DNA of 64,000 bases from an uncultured Acidobacteriota bacterium (lineage in GTDB: Bacteria; Acidobacteriota; Vicinamibacteria; Fen-336): positions 3,264,001 to 3,328,000 of the forward strand of contig OY970399.1 in the NCBI GenBank assembly GCA_963720545.1, given 5' to 3'. Under the pieces are notes generated by a model. It searched no databases. It saw only the letters and a list, made by a program, of their open reading frames with translations, and was not told where the DNA came from. Both the position numbers and the translations under genes were made by a program. Shown in pieces: positions 9,730 through 19,098 of the stretch. Each line of letters begins with the position of its first letter. The stretch's first letter is position 1.

Positions 9730-10428
9730 CTACTCCGCGTCGTGAAAGATCACTCCCAGCGTGTGGCGCCGCCCGGAGCGCAGCGCACTGACGCCGTGGC
9801 GCATCGCGGCGCGGTAGAAGCCTCTGCGGCTCGCTACCGGCCGGTGGCGCACGGGGAAGACGACACCGTCGCCTTGTCGCAGCGGCACGACGTGCACGCG
9901 CGACTGCCGGCGCGGCCGCTGTTCGGTGAGCACGAACTCGCCGCCCGTGAAGTCGCGGCCGGGTGCGGCGAGCAGGATCGCCACCTGCATCGGGAAGACC
10001 AGCTCGCCGTAGACGTCCTGGTGCAGGCAGTTGTAGTCGCCCGCCGCGTATTGCAGCAGCAGCGGCGTCGGTCGGCGCTGGCCCGCGGCGTGGCAGCGGT
10101 CGAGATACTCCCCGTGGCCTGCCGGAAACCGCTCCGCGGCGCCGAGCTTCTCGTGCCACCGGTTGGCGATTGCCGAGAGCGGCGGATAGAGGCTGCCGCG
10201 CAGCGCTGCGACTGCCATCGGCAGCGGGTAATCGAAGTACTTGTATTCGCCGCGGCCGTAGCCGTGGCGTGCCATCACCACCGTGCTGCGGAAGCCGTCG
10301 GCGCGCGCGTAGCCGGCGACGAGCGCGGCGCATTCGTCTTCGCCCAGCAGCGCCGGCATCACTGCGAAGCCGGTTGCGTCCAACGCCTCCTCGACGTGTG
10401 GCCAATCGATCGCGACTGCAGTACTCAT
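9730..10428 (-). CDS. 2OG-Fe(II) oxygenase (DUF2086 / Oxygenase-NA, associated with DNA alkylation damage)
   Basis: FRSTVVMARHGYGRGEYKYF, GDYNCLHQDVYGELVFP, GGEFVLTEQRPR, MRHGVS, LGVIFHDA; start MSTAVAIDW. Confidence 0.88.
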   Translation of the reverse strand: MSTAVAIDWPHVEEALDATGFAVMPALLGEDECAALVAGYARADGFRSTVVMARHGYGRGEYKYFDYPLPMAVAALRGSLYPPLSAIANRWHEKLGAAERFPAGHGEYLDRCHAAGQRRPTPLLLQYAAGDYNCLHQDVYGELVFPMQVAILLAAPGRDFTGGEFVLTEQRPRRQSRVHVVPLRQGDGVVFPVRHRPVASRRGFYRAAMRHGVSALRSGRRHTLGVIFHDAE

Positions 10429-10438
10429 GTCGCGAATC

Positions 10439-11569
10439 TCAGCGCTTCGCGGACGGCACGCCCTCCGCGGCTTGCTGCGGGAATGCACTGGCCGGCAGCG
10501 GCAGGGCGCCCGCCGCGAGCAGCTCCGCGAACGCGGCATCGGCGGCGACCCGGTGGCCGTCCACGTTCCAGTGCGTGTCCGGGGCGAAGTCCCAGTGGGC
10601 ACCCGGCCGCGCGGCGCGCGCGGCGGCGAGGCGCTCGCCGGCATCGAGGAACCGCACGTCCGGTGCGAGCCGCGCCCGCAGCCGTGCGATCGCCGCATCG
10701 TCCTGGCCGCGCGCGCCGACATCGAACGCGAAGAACCGCGCGCCGCTCTTCTCGACGTCGCGGGCGAAGGCACCGAGCAGCGCGGCGGTCAGGCCCACGA
10801 GATCCGCGGGCGCCGGTCGCGAACCGCCGACCTGGAAAAAGGCGAGACCGCGCTGCACCAGCGGATTGCGCGACGAGCGCGTGCGAAACGCATTCCAGAG
10901 GTTCGACTCGCGGCCCAACCACACCTTGGCGCGCTGCCAATGCGTCAATTCGGGCACCGGCTGGTTGTGGACGACGAGTGTGCCGGAAACATCGCCCTCG
11001 AAGTACGGCTTCGGATACATCTTGTATATGAAGTCGCTGCCGTTGCCGTCGAGGTCGTTGTCGCAGACCGCGACCAGCACCAGGTCGGCCTGCATGCGCG
11101 AGCCGAGTTCACGGTAGAGGATGAGCTCCTGGTCGGTGGAGTAGCCGCTCACACCCATGTTGACGACATCCGGGCGGCGCACCGAGGCGGCGCGCAGGCG
11201 GCGAGCGAGCGCCGCGGTGAACAGGTGCTCCTCGTCTACGCCCACTCCGAAGATGAAGGAATCGCCGAACACCAGGACGCGGAACGAGCCGGGCTCCTTC
11301 GCAACCGCAATCTCGCGGCCGCGCAGCCCGAGCGCATTGATGTGAATAGTGCCGCGATCCGGTCCGCCGCGATCATTCTCGCCGACGCTTCCCGCCGCAT
11401 GGAACCAGCCCTTGGATGGGTCCTGGACCCACAGCCCGCGGTCGTCCTCGCCGGGGCGCGGAATGGCGGAAAAGCGCAGGCCGAGGAGGCGTGTGCCGGC
11501 TTCCGCGAGCGCCAGGAGCAGCGCCAGCAGCAGGAGGTTCACGGCGAGGATTCGCAGGCTTCGGCGCAA
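10439..11569 (-). CDS. SGNH/GDSL hydrolase family membrane-anchored protein
   Basis: INALGLRG, FGDSFIFG, NMGVSGYSTDQE, DND, DTHWNVDGH; TTG start inferred 8 nt after TAGACT (the ORF is open to 11647). Confidence 0.85.
   Translation of the reverse strand: MRRSLRILAVNLLLLALLLALAEAGTRLLGLRFSAIPRPGEDDRGLWVQDPSKGWFHAAGSVGENDRGGPDRGTIHINALGLRGREIAVAKEPGSFRVLVFGDSFIFGVGVDEEHLFTAALARRLRAASVRRPDVVNMGVSGYSTDQELILYRELGSRMQADLVLVAVCDNDLDGNGSDFIYKMYPKPYFEGDVSGTLVVHNQPVPELTHWQRAKVWLGRESNLWNAFRTRSSRNPLVQRGLAFFQVGGSRPAPADLVGLTAALLGAFARDVEKSGARFFAFDVGARGQDDAAIARLRARLAPDVRFLDAGERLAAARAARPGAHWDFAPDTHWNVDGHRVAADAAFAELLAAGALPLPASAFPQQAAEGVPSAKR
10461..10484 (-). promoter_or_regulatory. Ada-box-like operator (ATT-N6-GCAA-GCCG-CGGAG) upstream of the 2OG oxygenase
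   Basis: Near-identical motif at the same 47-nt spacing upstream of ada (45419-45442). Confidence 0.65.
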
Positions 11570-11670
11570 GCCCAGCAAGTCTAGTCGGTGCGCGCATCGC
11601 GACCGACGGGCGTTCGGACCCAACCTGTCGGGGGTGTGTGGGACCATGCCCGCACACGTTGGAGGTGGGG

Positions 11671-14052
11671 TTGGCGCAGGCGTTGATCAAGCCGGAAGAC
11701 ACCAGCACGGCGCTGGTGTCGGTGCTGCGAGCGCTCGAGGCGAGCCGCGGTGCCACCGCCGAGCCCACCATCGCGGCGCTGCGGCACTTCCCGGCGCGGG
11801 CCGGGCAGTACGCCGATTTCGCCGACGACGTCGACCCGCGCCTGCGCGAGGTGTTGCGCAAGCGCGGCATCGACAAGCTCTACACCCACCAGCGTGCCGC
11901 TTTCGACGCCGCCCGCCGCGGCCTCAACACGGTGGTGGTCACGCCCACCGCCTCGGGCAAGACCCTCTGCTACAACCTGCCGGTCCTCGATTCGGTCCTC
12001 AAGAATCCCGACACGCGCGCCTTGTACCTCTTTCCCACGAAGGCGCTGGCGCAGGACCAGCTGGCCGAGATCCACGGCCTGGTCGAGGCGCTCGGCGAAG
12101 AAATCGGCACCTTCACCTACGACGGCGACACGCCACAGGACGCGCGCAAGGCCATTCGCAGCCGCGCGCACATCGTGGTCACCAACCCCGACATGCTCCA
12201 CAAGGGCATCCTGCCGCACCACACCAAGTGGGTGAAGCTGTTCGAGAACCTGCGCTACATCATCGTCGACGAACTGCACAGCCACCGCGGCGTCTACGGC
12301 TCGCACGTCGCGAACCTGTTCCGGCGGCTGCACCGGCTGTGCCGCTTCTATGGCTCGAACCCGCAGTTCCTGTGCTCGTCCGCGACCATCGGCAACCCGC
12401 AGCAGCTGGCCGAGGCGCTCACCGGGCGCGAGATGACGCTCATCGACGAGAACGGCGCGCCGCGCGGCGAGCGCTATTTCGCGATCTACAACCCGCCGGT
12501 CGTGAACCTGCAGCTCGGCATCCGCCGCTCGGCGCTGAACGCCGCCAAGGACGTGGCGCTGTCCTTCCTCAAGAAGGGCCTGCAGACCATCGTGTTCGCG
12601 CCCTCGCGGCTCGCCACCGAGGTGCTGCTCACCTATTTGAAGGAAGCGATCGAGCGGGTGCCCGGCTCGGAAGACGTGATCCGCGGCTATCGCGGCGGCT
12701 ACCTGCCGCTGCGGCGCCGCGAGATCGAGCGCGGGCTGCGCGACGGTTCGGTGCTCGGCGTGGTGTCGACGAACGCGCTCGAGCTGGGCATCGACATCGG
12801 CTCGCTCGACGCGGCGGTGCTGCTCGGCTATCCCGGCAGCGTCGCCTCCACATGGCAGCAAGCCGGGCGCGCCGGGCGGCGGCAGTCGGCGTCGGTGGCG
12901 GTGCTGGTGGCGAACTCCACTCCGCTCAACCAGTTCATCGCCAAGAACCCCGACTACTTCTTCGACGGCGCGGTCGAAGAGGGGCGCATCAACCCCGACA
13001 ACCTGCAGATCCTCGTCAACCACCTGAAGTGCGCGGCTTTCGAGCTGCCGTTCTCGCGCGACGAGAAATTCGGCAAGGAGAACCTGGTCGAGATCCTGCA
13101 GTTCCTCGAGGAGCAGGGCGTGCTGCACCGCGCCGGCGACCTGTGGCACTGGACGAGCGAGAGCTACCCGGCCGACGCGGTCAGCCTGCGCAGCGTGTCC
13201 TCGGACAACTTCGTGGTGCAGGACGTCACCGGCGAGCCGCGCATCATCGCCGAGGTCGACTTCGACAGCGCGCCGTCGATGGTGCACGAGAAGGCCATCT
13301 ACATCCTCGAAGGGCGCACCTACTACGTCGAGAAGTACGACCACAAGGAACGCCGCGTGCACGTGCGCGACGCCCAGGTCGACTACTACACCGATGCCAT
13401 CGACTACACCAAGGTGCGCATCCTCGAGCAGTTCGCGCACGAGGTTGCTGGCAGTTCCGACCGCAGCCACGGCGAGGTGCACGTGACGTCGCAGGTGGTG
13501 GGGTTCAAGAAACTCAAGTTCCACACCAACGAGAACGTCGGCTCGGGCGAGCTGCAGATGCCTGAGAACGAGATGCACACCACGTCCTACTGGCTCACGG
13601 TGCCGCGCGCGGTGATGTCGGCGCTGCCCTTCGACCTCGAGGAGCGGCGTGACGGGGTGGTGGCGCTGTCCTACACGCTGGGGCAGATGGCGTCGCTCTT
13701 CCTCATGTGCGATCGCTGGGACATCGGCGTCGCCATCGGCGACAACGGCCAGGGCGAGGCGCGGGTCGAGCGCGGCCTGCGGCGGCTGGCGGCGAACCCG
13801 GCGGAGCTCGCCGCTCCCACCCGCGACGACTACGAGCCGCAGGTGTTCGTCTACGACAACTACCCCGGCGGCATCGGGCTTTCCGAGCCGCTCTACCGCC
13901 TGCACGACCGCCTGCTGCGCGAGAGCCTCGCGCTCATTCGCGGCTGCGCCTGCCGCGACGGCTGTCCGTCGTGCGTCGGCCCGCTCGGCGAAGTGGGCAG
14001 CCGCGGCAAGACGGTTGCGGTCGCTATCCTCGAAGCCTTGGGAGCCGGCTGA
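11671..14052 (+). CDS. mrfA: DEAD/DEAH-box helicase with C-terminal DUF1998 (MrfA/YprA/Hrq family)
   Basis: TPTASGKT, PTKALAQDQ, TNPDMLH, DELH, SATIGNP, STNALELGIDIG, QQAGRAGRR, YDNYPGGIG, CACRDGCPSC; GGAGG SD before TTG 11671. Confidence 0.9.
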   Translation: MAQALIKPEDTSTALVSVLRALEASRGATAEPTIAALRHFPARAGQYADFADDVDPRLREVLRKRGIDKLYTHQRAAFDAARRGLNTVVVTPTASGKTLCYNLPVLDSVLKNPDTRALYLFPTKALAQDQLAEIHGLVEALGEEIGTFTYDGDTPQDARKAIRSRAHIVVTNPDMLHKGILPHHTKWVKLFENLRYIIVDELHSHRGVYGSHVANLFRRLHRLCRFYGSNPQFLCSSATIGNPQQLAEALTGREMTLIDENGAPRGERYFAIYNPPVVNLQLGIRRSALNAAKDVALSFLKKGLQTIVFAPSRLATEVLLTYLKEAIERVPGSEDVIRGYRGGYLPLRRREIERGLRDGSVLGVVSTNALELGIDIGSLDAAVLLGYPGSVASTWQQAGRAGRRQSASVAVLVANSTPLNQFIAKNPDYFFDGAVEEGRINPDNLQILVNHLKCAAFELPFSRDEKFGKENLVEILQFLEEQGVLHRAGDLWHWTSESYPADAVSLRSVSSDNFVVQDVTGEPRIIAEVDFDSAPSMVHEKAIYILEGRTYYVEKYDHKERRVHVRDAQVDYYTDAIDYTKVRILEQFAHEVAGSSDRSHGEVHVTSQVVGFKKLKFHTNENVGSGELQMPENEMHTTSYWLTVPRAVMSALPFDLEERRDGVVALSYTLGQMASLFLMCDRWDIGVAIGDNGQGEARVERGLRRLAANPAELAAPTRDDYEPQVFVYDNYPGGIGLSEPLYRLHDRLLRESLALIRGCACRDGCPSCVGPLGEVGSRGKTVAVAILEALGAG

Positions 14053-14058
14053 GCCGCG

Positions 14059-15045
14059 ATGCTCCTCTCCCGAATCCTCGCCGTCGCCGTCGCTGTCACG
14101 TCATCGGCGGATACGTCATCGGCGGATCGGCTGCTGTTCCCGTCCGATCCGACGATTTCCGTTGCCGGAGGCTCGTTGCTTCGTCCGTTCCTTTTCCGTT
14201 CCCCAGGAGTTGTCGTTGCGTCAGGCCCCACCCGCGCCATCGTCCTCGGCGTCGCGCAAGACGGCGGGTTCCCGCACATCGGCTGCCGCCAGGACGCGTG
14301 CGTCAACGCGCGCCGCGACCCGGCGCTCGCGCGCCGCGTGGCGAGCCTTGGCCTCATCGACGGCAAAAGCGGCCAGCGGTTCCTCATCGACGCCTCGCCC
14401 GATCTGCCGGCGCAAGTGGAGGCGCTCGGCGGCGTCGACGGCATCCTGCTGACGCACGCGCACATGGGACACATCCTCGGCCTGCTGTATCTCGGCCGCG
14501 AGGCTCTCGGTGCGAAGGCCATGCCGGTCTACGCCACCGCGCGCATGGCGGCGTTCCTGCGCGCGAACGGCTTGTGGAGCCAGCTGGTCACCCTGGCGAA
14601 CATCGAGCTGCGGCCGCTCGAGCCGGGCAGGGAGGTGCGCCTCAGTCCGGGTATTGCAGTCACGCCGTTCCTGGTGCCGCACCGCGATGAGTTCACGGAC
14701 ACCGTCGGCTTCCGCATCGCCGGTCCCGCAAAGCGCCTCCTCTACATCCCCGACATCGACAAGTGGAGCCGCTGGCACCATTCGCTGGCCGATGAAGTCG
14801 CCGGCGTTGACGTTGCCCTGCTCGATGGCACGTTCGCCGACGCCTCGGAGCTGCCGGGCCGCTCGCAGGCCGACATCCCGCACCCACTCCTCGGGGAGAC
14901 GCTCGCCGCCGTGCCGGCCGCGCTGCGCTCGCACATCCGGTTCCTGCACATGAACCACACCAACCGCCTGCTCTGGGATGCCGCTGCCGGCGAAGCCATC
15001 GCGCCCGCGCGCGCCGCGCGCCAGGGCGACGAGATCGAGCTGTGA
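14059..15045 (+). CDS. Metallo-beta-lactamase fold protein, PqqB-like, with repeat-derived N-terminal insert
   Basis: LGVAQDGGFPHIGC, FLIDASPD, LTHAHMGH, VPHRDE, YIPDIDKW, LLDGTF, IPHP, HMNHTN. Confidence 0.85.
   Translation: MLLSRILAVAVAVTSSADTSSADRLLFPSDPTISVAGGSLLRPFLFRSPGVVVASGPTRAIVLGVAQDGGFPHIGCRQDACVNARRDPALARRVASLGLIDGKSGQRFLIDASPDLPAQVEALGGVDGILLTHAHMGHILGLLYLGREALGAKAMPVYATARMAAFLRANGLWSQLVTLANIELRPLEPGREVRLSPGIAVTPFLVPHRDEFTDTVGFRIAGPAKRLLYIPDIDKWSRWHHSLADEVAGVDVALLDGTFADASELPGRSQADIPHPLLGETLAAVPAALRSHIRFLHMNHTNRLLWDAAAGEAIAPARAARQGDEIEL
14098..14223. repeat. Palindromic repeat element inserted in frame in the PqqB-like CDS
   Basis: 14113-14163 matches the reverse complement of 30132-30182 at 42/51 ungapped positions; 14195-14207 matches rc of 30117-30129 at 13/13; flanked by CGTCA direct repeats 120 bp apart; 15-bp tandem duplication at 14098-14127. 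Confidence 0.8.
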
Positions 15046-16427
15046 CCACGAGCCTGCTCGACCGGCTGAAGCGGCTGCAGCGCGACGAACATGCCGATGA
15101 CAGCGCCGGTGGCGGCTCCGGTGACAGCGGGCGCGGTTCCACTCCTGGCGCACCCGGCGATTCGCTACGCCGGCTGGAGCGCGCGCTCGGCACCGAAGCC
15201 GACGACAATCTGTCGCTCAAGGTGCGGCTCGAACGCCTGGTGGCGGTGGCGGCGGCACAGCGGCCGCGGGTCATGCCGCAGGCAGCGCCGCCCGTGCGCC
15301 TCGAAGAAGCGGTGGCCGGGACCCGCCGCGAGAATGCGCGCGGCGAATACTTCGTCATCGACCACGACGCGCACGTCGACACCTTGCACGGCACGCAGTC
15401 GCTGAGCCGCTTCCGCGCGCGCCGGCCGGGCGAAGTTCGCCTGCTCACCGGCGACCCGCAGCACCACGACTTCGACATCTCGAAGGCGGTTTTTCTCGAC
15501 ACCGAAACCACCGGCCTCTCGGGCGGCACCGGCACCGCCGCCTTTCTCATCGGCATCGGCTGGCTCGAAGGCGACCGCTTCCGCGTGCGGCAGTTCTTCA
15601 TGCGCGACTATCACGAAGAGGCGGCGCTGCTGCAGGGCCTCAGCGACGACCTGGCGCGCTTCGCGAGCCTCATCACCTACAACGGCAAGATGTTCGACGT
15701 GCCGCTGCTGGAGACGCGCTACCGGCTGGCGCGCACCCGCTTTCCGTTGCAGCGCCTGCCGCATCTCGACTTGCTGCACCCGGCGCGGCGCCTGTTCAAG
15801 CTGCGCCATGAGTCGTGCAAGCTCACGCACCTCGAGTCGCAGCTCCTGGGCGTGCGCCGGCACGGCGACATCCCCGGCCACGAAATCCCCTGGGTCTATT
15901 TCGAGTACGTGCGCCGGCACGATGCCCGCGCCATCCAGAAGGTGCTCGAGCACAACCGCCTCGACATCGTCTCGCTCGCGGCGCTCAGCCTGCACGCCTG
16001 CGACTGGCTGGAGACGGACGATGCCGACGACCCGCGCGACGCGTACAGCCTGGGCCGGGTGCTGCACCGTGCCGGCCGCCACGACCGCAGCCAGGCCCTG
16101 TTTCGCCAGGTCGCCGATTCGAGCGACGCGGTGCTGCGGGTGCGCGCATTGCTGCGGCTCGCGCGCCACGCGCGGCGCAGCGGCGAGCTGGAACGGGCGG
16201 CGGAGTTGTGGACCGAGGCGGCCGCGGCCGGCGAGCCGTTCGCGCATCGCAGCCTCGCCATCCATTTCGAGCGCCGCGTGCGCGACTACCCGCGGGCGGT
16301 GGCCGCGGCCGAGGCCGGACTGGCGCGCGTCACCGCTGGCGCCACGCCGGCCGATCGCCGGCTGCGCGCCGACTTCCACAAGCGCCTGGCCCGGCTGCGC
16401 CGACTGATGGCGGGAACCGCCGCCTGA
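15042..16427 (+). CDS. mrfB: RNase H-like (DEDD) exonuclease with C-terminal TPR-like helices (MrfB/YprB)
   Basis: [46 protein letters not shown]; located downstream of mrfA; GTGA overlap with the previous gene. Confidence 0.85.
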   Translation: MTTSLLDRLKRLQRDEHADDSAGGGSGDSGRGSTPGAPGDSLRRLERALGTEADDNLSLKVRLERLVAVAAAQRPRVMPQAAPPVRLEEAVAGTRRENARGEYFVIDHDAHVDTLHGTQSLSRFRARRPGEVRLLTGDPQHHDFDISKAVFLDTETTGLSGGTGTAAFLIGIGWLEGDRFRVRQFFMRDYHEEAALLQGLSDDLARFASLITYNGKMFDVPLLETRYRLARTRFPLQRLPHLDLLHPARRLFKLRHESCKLTHLESQLLGVRRHGDIPGHEIPWVYFEYVRRHDARAIQKVLEHNRLDIVSLAALSLHACDWLETDDADDPRDAYSLGRVLHRAGRHDRSQALFRQVADSSDAVLRVRALLRLARHARRSGELERAAELWTEAAAAGEPFAHRSLAIHFERRVRDYPRAVAAAEAGLARVTAGATPADRRLRADFHKRLARLRRLMAGTAA

Positions 16428-16464
16428 TCGCGCGCACCATGGCCGGGGTGCTGCGCGTGCGACA

Positions 16465-17208
16465 ATGCCCGACGAGGCACTCCCCGTGAATCCCTGGCAC
16501 GACGTCGAGATCGGCGAAGACATCACCAAGTATTTCCGCGCCATCATCGAGATCCCGCGCGACTCCAAGATCAAGTACGAGCTCGACAAGCTCACCGGCA
16601 TGCTGCTGCTCGACCGCATCCTGCACTCGGCCGTGCACTATCCCGCCAACTATGGCTTCCTGCCGCGCACCTATTGCGACGACGGCGATCCGCTCGACGT
16701 CCTGGTGCTGGGGCAGGAGGCGGTGGTGCCTTTGTGCGTGCTGCGCGCGCGCGCCATCGGCGTGCTGACGATGCGCGACGAGAAGGGCCAGGACGACAAG
16801 GTGATCGCCGTGCACATCGACGACCCCGAGTACGACCACTACCGCGACATTTCGGAGCTGCCGCCGCACCGGCTCAAGGAGATCGAGCGCTTCTTCGCCG
16901 ACTACAAGTCGCTCGAGGGCAAGACGGTGGACATCGACCACATGCGCGGGCGGGTCGATGCGGAGAACGTGATCCGCGCGGCGCGCAAGCTCTACGACGA
17001 CGGGTTCGGAAGGACGATCGCCGCGAAGATGGCGCGCGCAGGCGGCGCGGCTGTGAAGATTCCGGATGTCAAGACCGCGGCCGGGACAAGAGCGGCAGGG
17101 AAGAAGACGGCGGGGAAGGGCGCGGCTGCGGCGGCTACTGGCGCTGCCGCGAGGGCCGCGCCGGCTTCACCGCGCTCGCCGCGGCGGCGGGGCGGCGCGC
17201 GAACGTAA
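16465..17208 (+). CDS. ppa: Inorganic pyrophosphatase (family I) with basic low-complexity C-tail
   Basis: [55 protein letters not shown]; start may be GTG 16486. Confidence 0.93.
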   Translation: MPDEALPVNPWHDVEIGEDITKYFRAIIEIPRDSKIKYELDKLTGMLLLDRILHSAVHYPANYGFLPRTYCDDGDPLDVLVLGQEAVVPLCVLRARAIGVLTMRDEKGQDDKVIAVHIDDPEYDHYRDISELPPHRLKEIERFFADYKSLEGKTVDIDHMRGRVDAENVIRAARKLYDDGFGRTIAAKMARAGGAAVKIPDVKTAAGTRAAGKKTAGKGAAAAATGAAARAAPASPRSPRRRGGART

Positions 17209-19078
17209 GCCAGGCGCCGGCCGCGATCGTCGCAGCAATCGCGAACTGCAACAGCAGGCTGGTCAGGTCGGGGTGTATGCCCATCCACGGCACTTCCGGA
17301 AACGGCACCGGCCGCGCCTTGACGTAACCCGAAGCCACCAGCGTGTACATGCCGGCGCCCGCGAAAGAGATGGCGAGCAGGCACAAGAGCACGCCGGAGA
17401 CGCCGAAGAAGGCGCCGAGCGGAAGCCTGCCGATGGCGCGGTTCATGAGCCACGCGCAGACGAACGCGAGCCCCAGGCCCGCTGCCGCCCCCGCCCAGGT
17501 GCGGCCCGCGGCACCCCCGGCCTCCAGCAGGATCGCCTGCAGGAACAGCACCGTCTCCGCCACCTCGCGATAGGCCGCGAGGAACGCGAGCCCGGCGACG
17601 AGCCACAGGTTGCGGCGCGACAGCGTGGCCTCGAGGTTGCGGCGCAGGTACGCGAGCCAGTGGCGCGACTCGGCCTTCGAGATCATCCAGAAGCTCACCG
17701 AGAAGAGCACGGCGGCGGCGGCGAGGGCGACGAGCGCCTCCATCAGTTCACGCCGCTCGGCGCCGAGGTGCAGCAGTCTCTCGAACGCCCACCAGGTGAC
17801 GACACCCGCCGGCAGCGCGAGAAGCCAGCCGACGTGGATCATGCGCGCGGCGTCGGCGCGGCCGAGGCGCCTGGCGCCGGCGAGCAGCGCCGCCACCAGC
17901 AGCGCGGCTTCGATGCCCTCGCGGAAAACGATGAGGAACGCCGACAGGAACGGCGCCATCGCGCGGACGCGGCCGGAGTCGGCCGCTTCGAGCTGCGCGT
18001 CGAGCGACTCCACCTGGCGCGCGAAGCTGTTGGGCGAGACCGACGCGGCGAGCGCGCGGCGCAGGCCGCCGAATTCCGTCTCGATGCGCGGCACGATGCG
18101 CGGGTCTTTCGCCATCAGCTTCGGCTCGAGCGGCTCGAACCCCTGCAGGTATGCATCCACCAGCGCGCGTTCCGCGTCGCCTTTGCGGCCCGCGGCGTAC
18201 GCGGTGGCCGCAAGGCCGAGGTGCTTGCGCGCCATGGCGATTCCGGCGGCCGCCGGAGGCTCGATGAACGGCGCCTCGCTGCGCAGGAACGCCACCGCCG
18301 GCGCAACTTCCGCCCCGGGCAGCTCCGTGGCCAGCCGCTGCTGCAGGTCGGCGTCGGTGGCGCGCGCCAGGTCGGAGAGCCGCACGCCCGCGGCGCCTTG
18401 CGCGCGCTCGCCCGCGTGCGCGAGGCGGAAGACGTAGAAGGCGAGGCTCCAGCGCTCGGCCGGCGTCAGCGCGTCGTAGGACGCCATGCCGGTGCCGGGC
18501 ACGCCGAAGGTCAGCGTATTGAAGACGCGGTAGGGCGAGAGCACCGCGAGGCGCTCGGGGTCGCGGAAGTTGGCGGGCCGCGGGTCGAGGGTGGCCGCAA
18601 GCGCCGTGTTGCCGTCGCCGGTCTTGCCGTGGCAGGCGGCGCAGGCCTCGGCGAACAGCGTGCTCGCCGCCGGTAGCGAGGGGCGCTCGGCCGGTGCGGT
18701 GGCGAGGTCGAAGCGCGCCACCACTTCGTCGCGCGCCTCGCGGCAGAGACGTGCGACCTCGCCGGCTTCCGCCAGAGCGTCGATGCGTGCGCCGATCCCC
18801 GTGACCCGCACGCTCAGGGGATCGTCGGCGCCGCCACTGACGTCCCTGGCGAGCTGCATGGCGGTGGCGATGAAGCCCTTCTGCTCGTCGTACTCGAGCG
18901 CGCTGGTCACGGCGCCGTGAGCCACCGCTCCCGCGTAGTCGGTCGAGATGTAGTCGAGGATGGTGACGAGGCGCTGCGGGTCTCCGCCGTCCGCTCCAGC
19001 GGCGCACGCGGGCCGGGCTGCGCAGAGGGCTGCGGCCGCCACGAACGGCAACGCCCATGAACTGAAAATGGATTTCAT
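17135..19078 (-). CDS. Cytochrome c / FTR1 family iron permease (PbrT/EfeU-like fusion)
   Basis: [17 protein letters not shown] heme motif, GVPGTGM, FREGIEA and YREVAET (RExxE) motifs, several TM helices; exact start uncertain. Confidence 0.9.
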   Translation of the reverse strand: MKSIFSSWALPFVAAAALCAARPACAAGADGGDPQRLVTILDYISTDYAGAVAHGAVTSALEYDEQKGFIATAMQLARDVSGGADDPLSVRVTGIGARIDALAEAGEVARLCREARDEVVARFDLATAPAERPSLPAASTLFAEACAACHGKTGDGNTALAATLDPRPANFRDPERLAVLSPYRVFNTLTFGVPGTGMASYDALTPAERWSLAFYVFRLAHAGERAQGAAGVRLSDLARATDADLQQRLATELPGAEVAPAVAFLRSEAPFIEPPAAAGIAMARKHLGLAATAYAAGRKGDAERALVDAYLQGFEPLEPKLMAKDPRIVPRIETEFGGLRRALAASVSPNSFARQVESLDAQLEAADSGRVRAMAPFLSAFLIVFREGIEAALLVAALLAGARRLGRADAARMIHVGWLLALPAGVVTWWAFERLLHLGAERRELMEALVALAAAAVLFSVSFWMISKAESRHWLAYLRRNLEATLSRRNLWLVAGLAFLAAYREVAETVLFLQAILLEAGGAAGRTWAGAAAGLGLAFVCAWLMNRAIGRLPLGAFFGVSGVLLCLLAISFAGAGMYTLVASGYVKARPVPFPEVPWMGIHPDLTSLLLQFAIAATIAAGAWLTFARRPAAAASAVKPARPSRQRQ

Positions 19079-19085
19079 TTTCAGT
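19061..19085. promoter_or_regulatory. Fur-box-like inverted repeat ACTGAAAATG-N5-CATTTTCAGT
   Basis: Perfect 10-bp inverted repeat; minus-strand core GAAAATGAAATCCATTTTC matches the classic 19-bp Fur box at 14/19; just downstream of a TACATT -10 at the start of an iron permease gene. Confidence 0.7.
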
Positions 19086-19098
19086 CGCTAATGTAGCA

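Noticed and set aside
11584..11670. Searched for a LexA-type box (GTTC-N7-GTTC or similar) upstream of mrfA
   Set aside because: Only a single GTTC half-site is present
11671..14052. DUF1998 helicase as a DISARM/Druantia/Dpd defence component
   Set aside because: It is paired with an MrfB-like exonuclease and lacks methylase, DrmA/B/C or dpd neighbours; housekeeping repair is more likely
14059..15045. PqqB-like gene as evidence for PQQ biosynthesis
   Set aside because: No pqqA/C/D/E in the window; the radical SAM at 1622-2740 is distant and not PqqE-like in context
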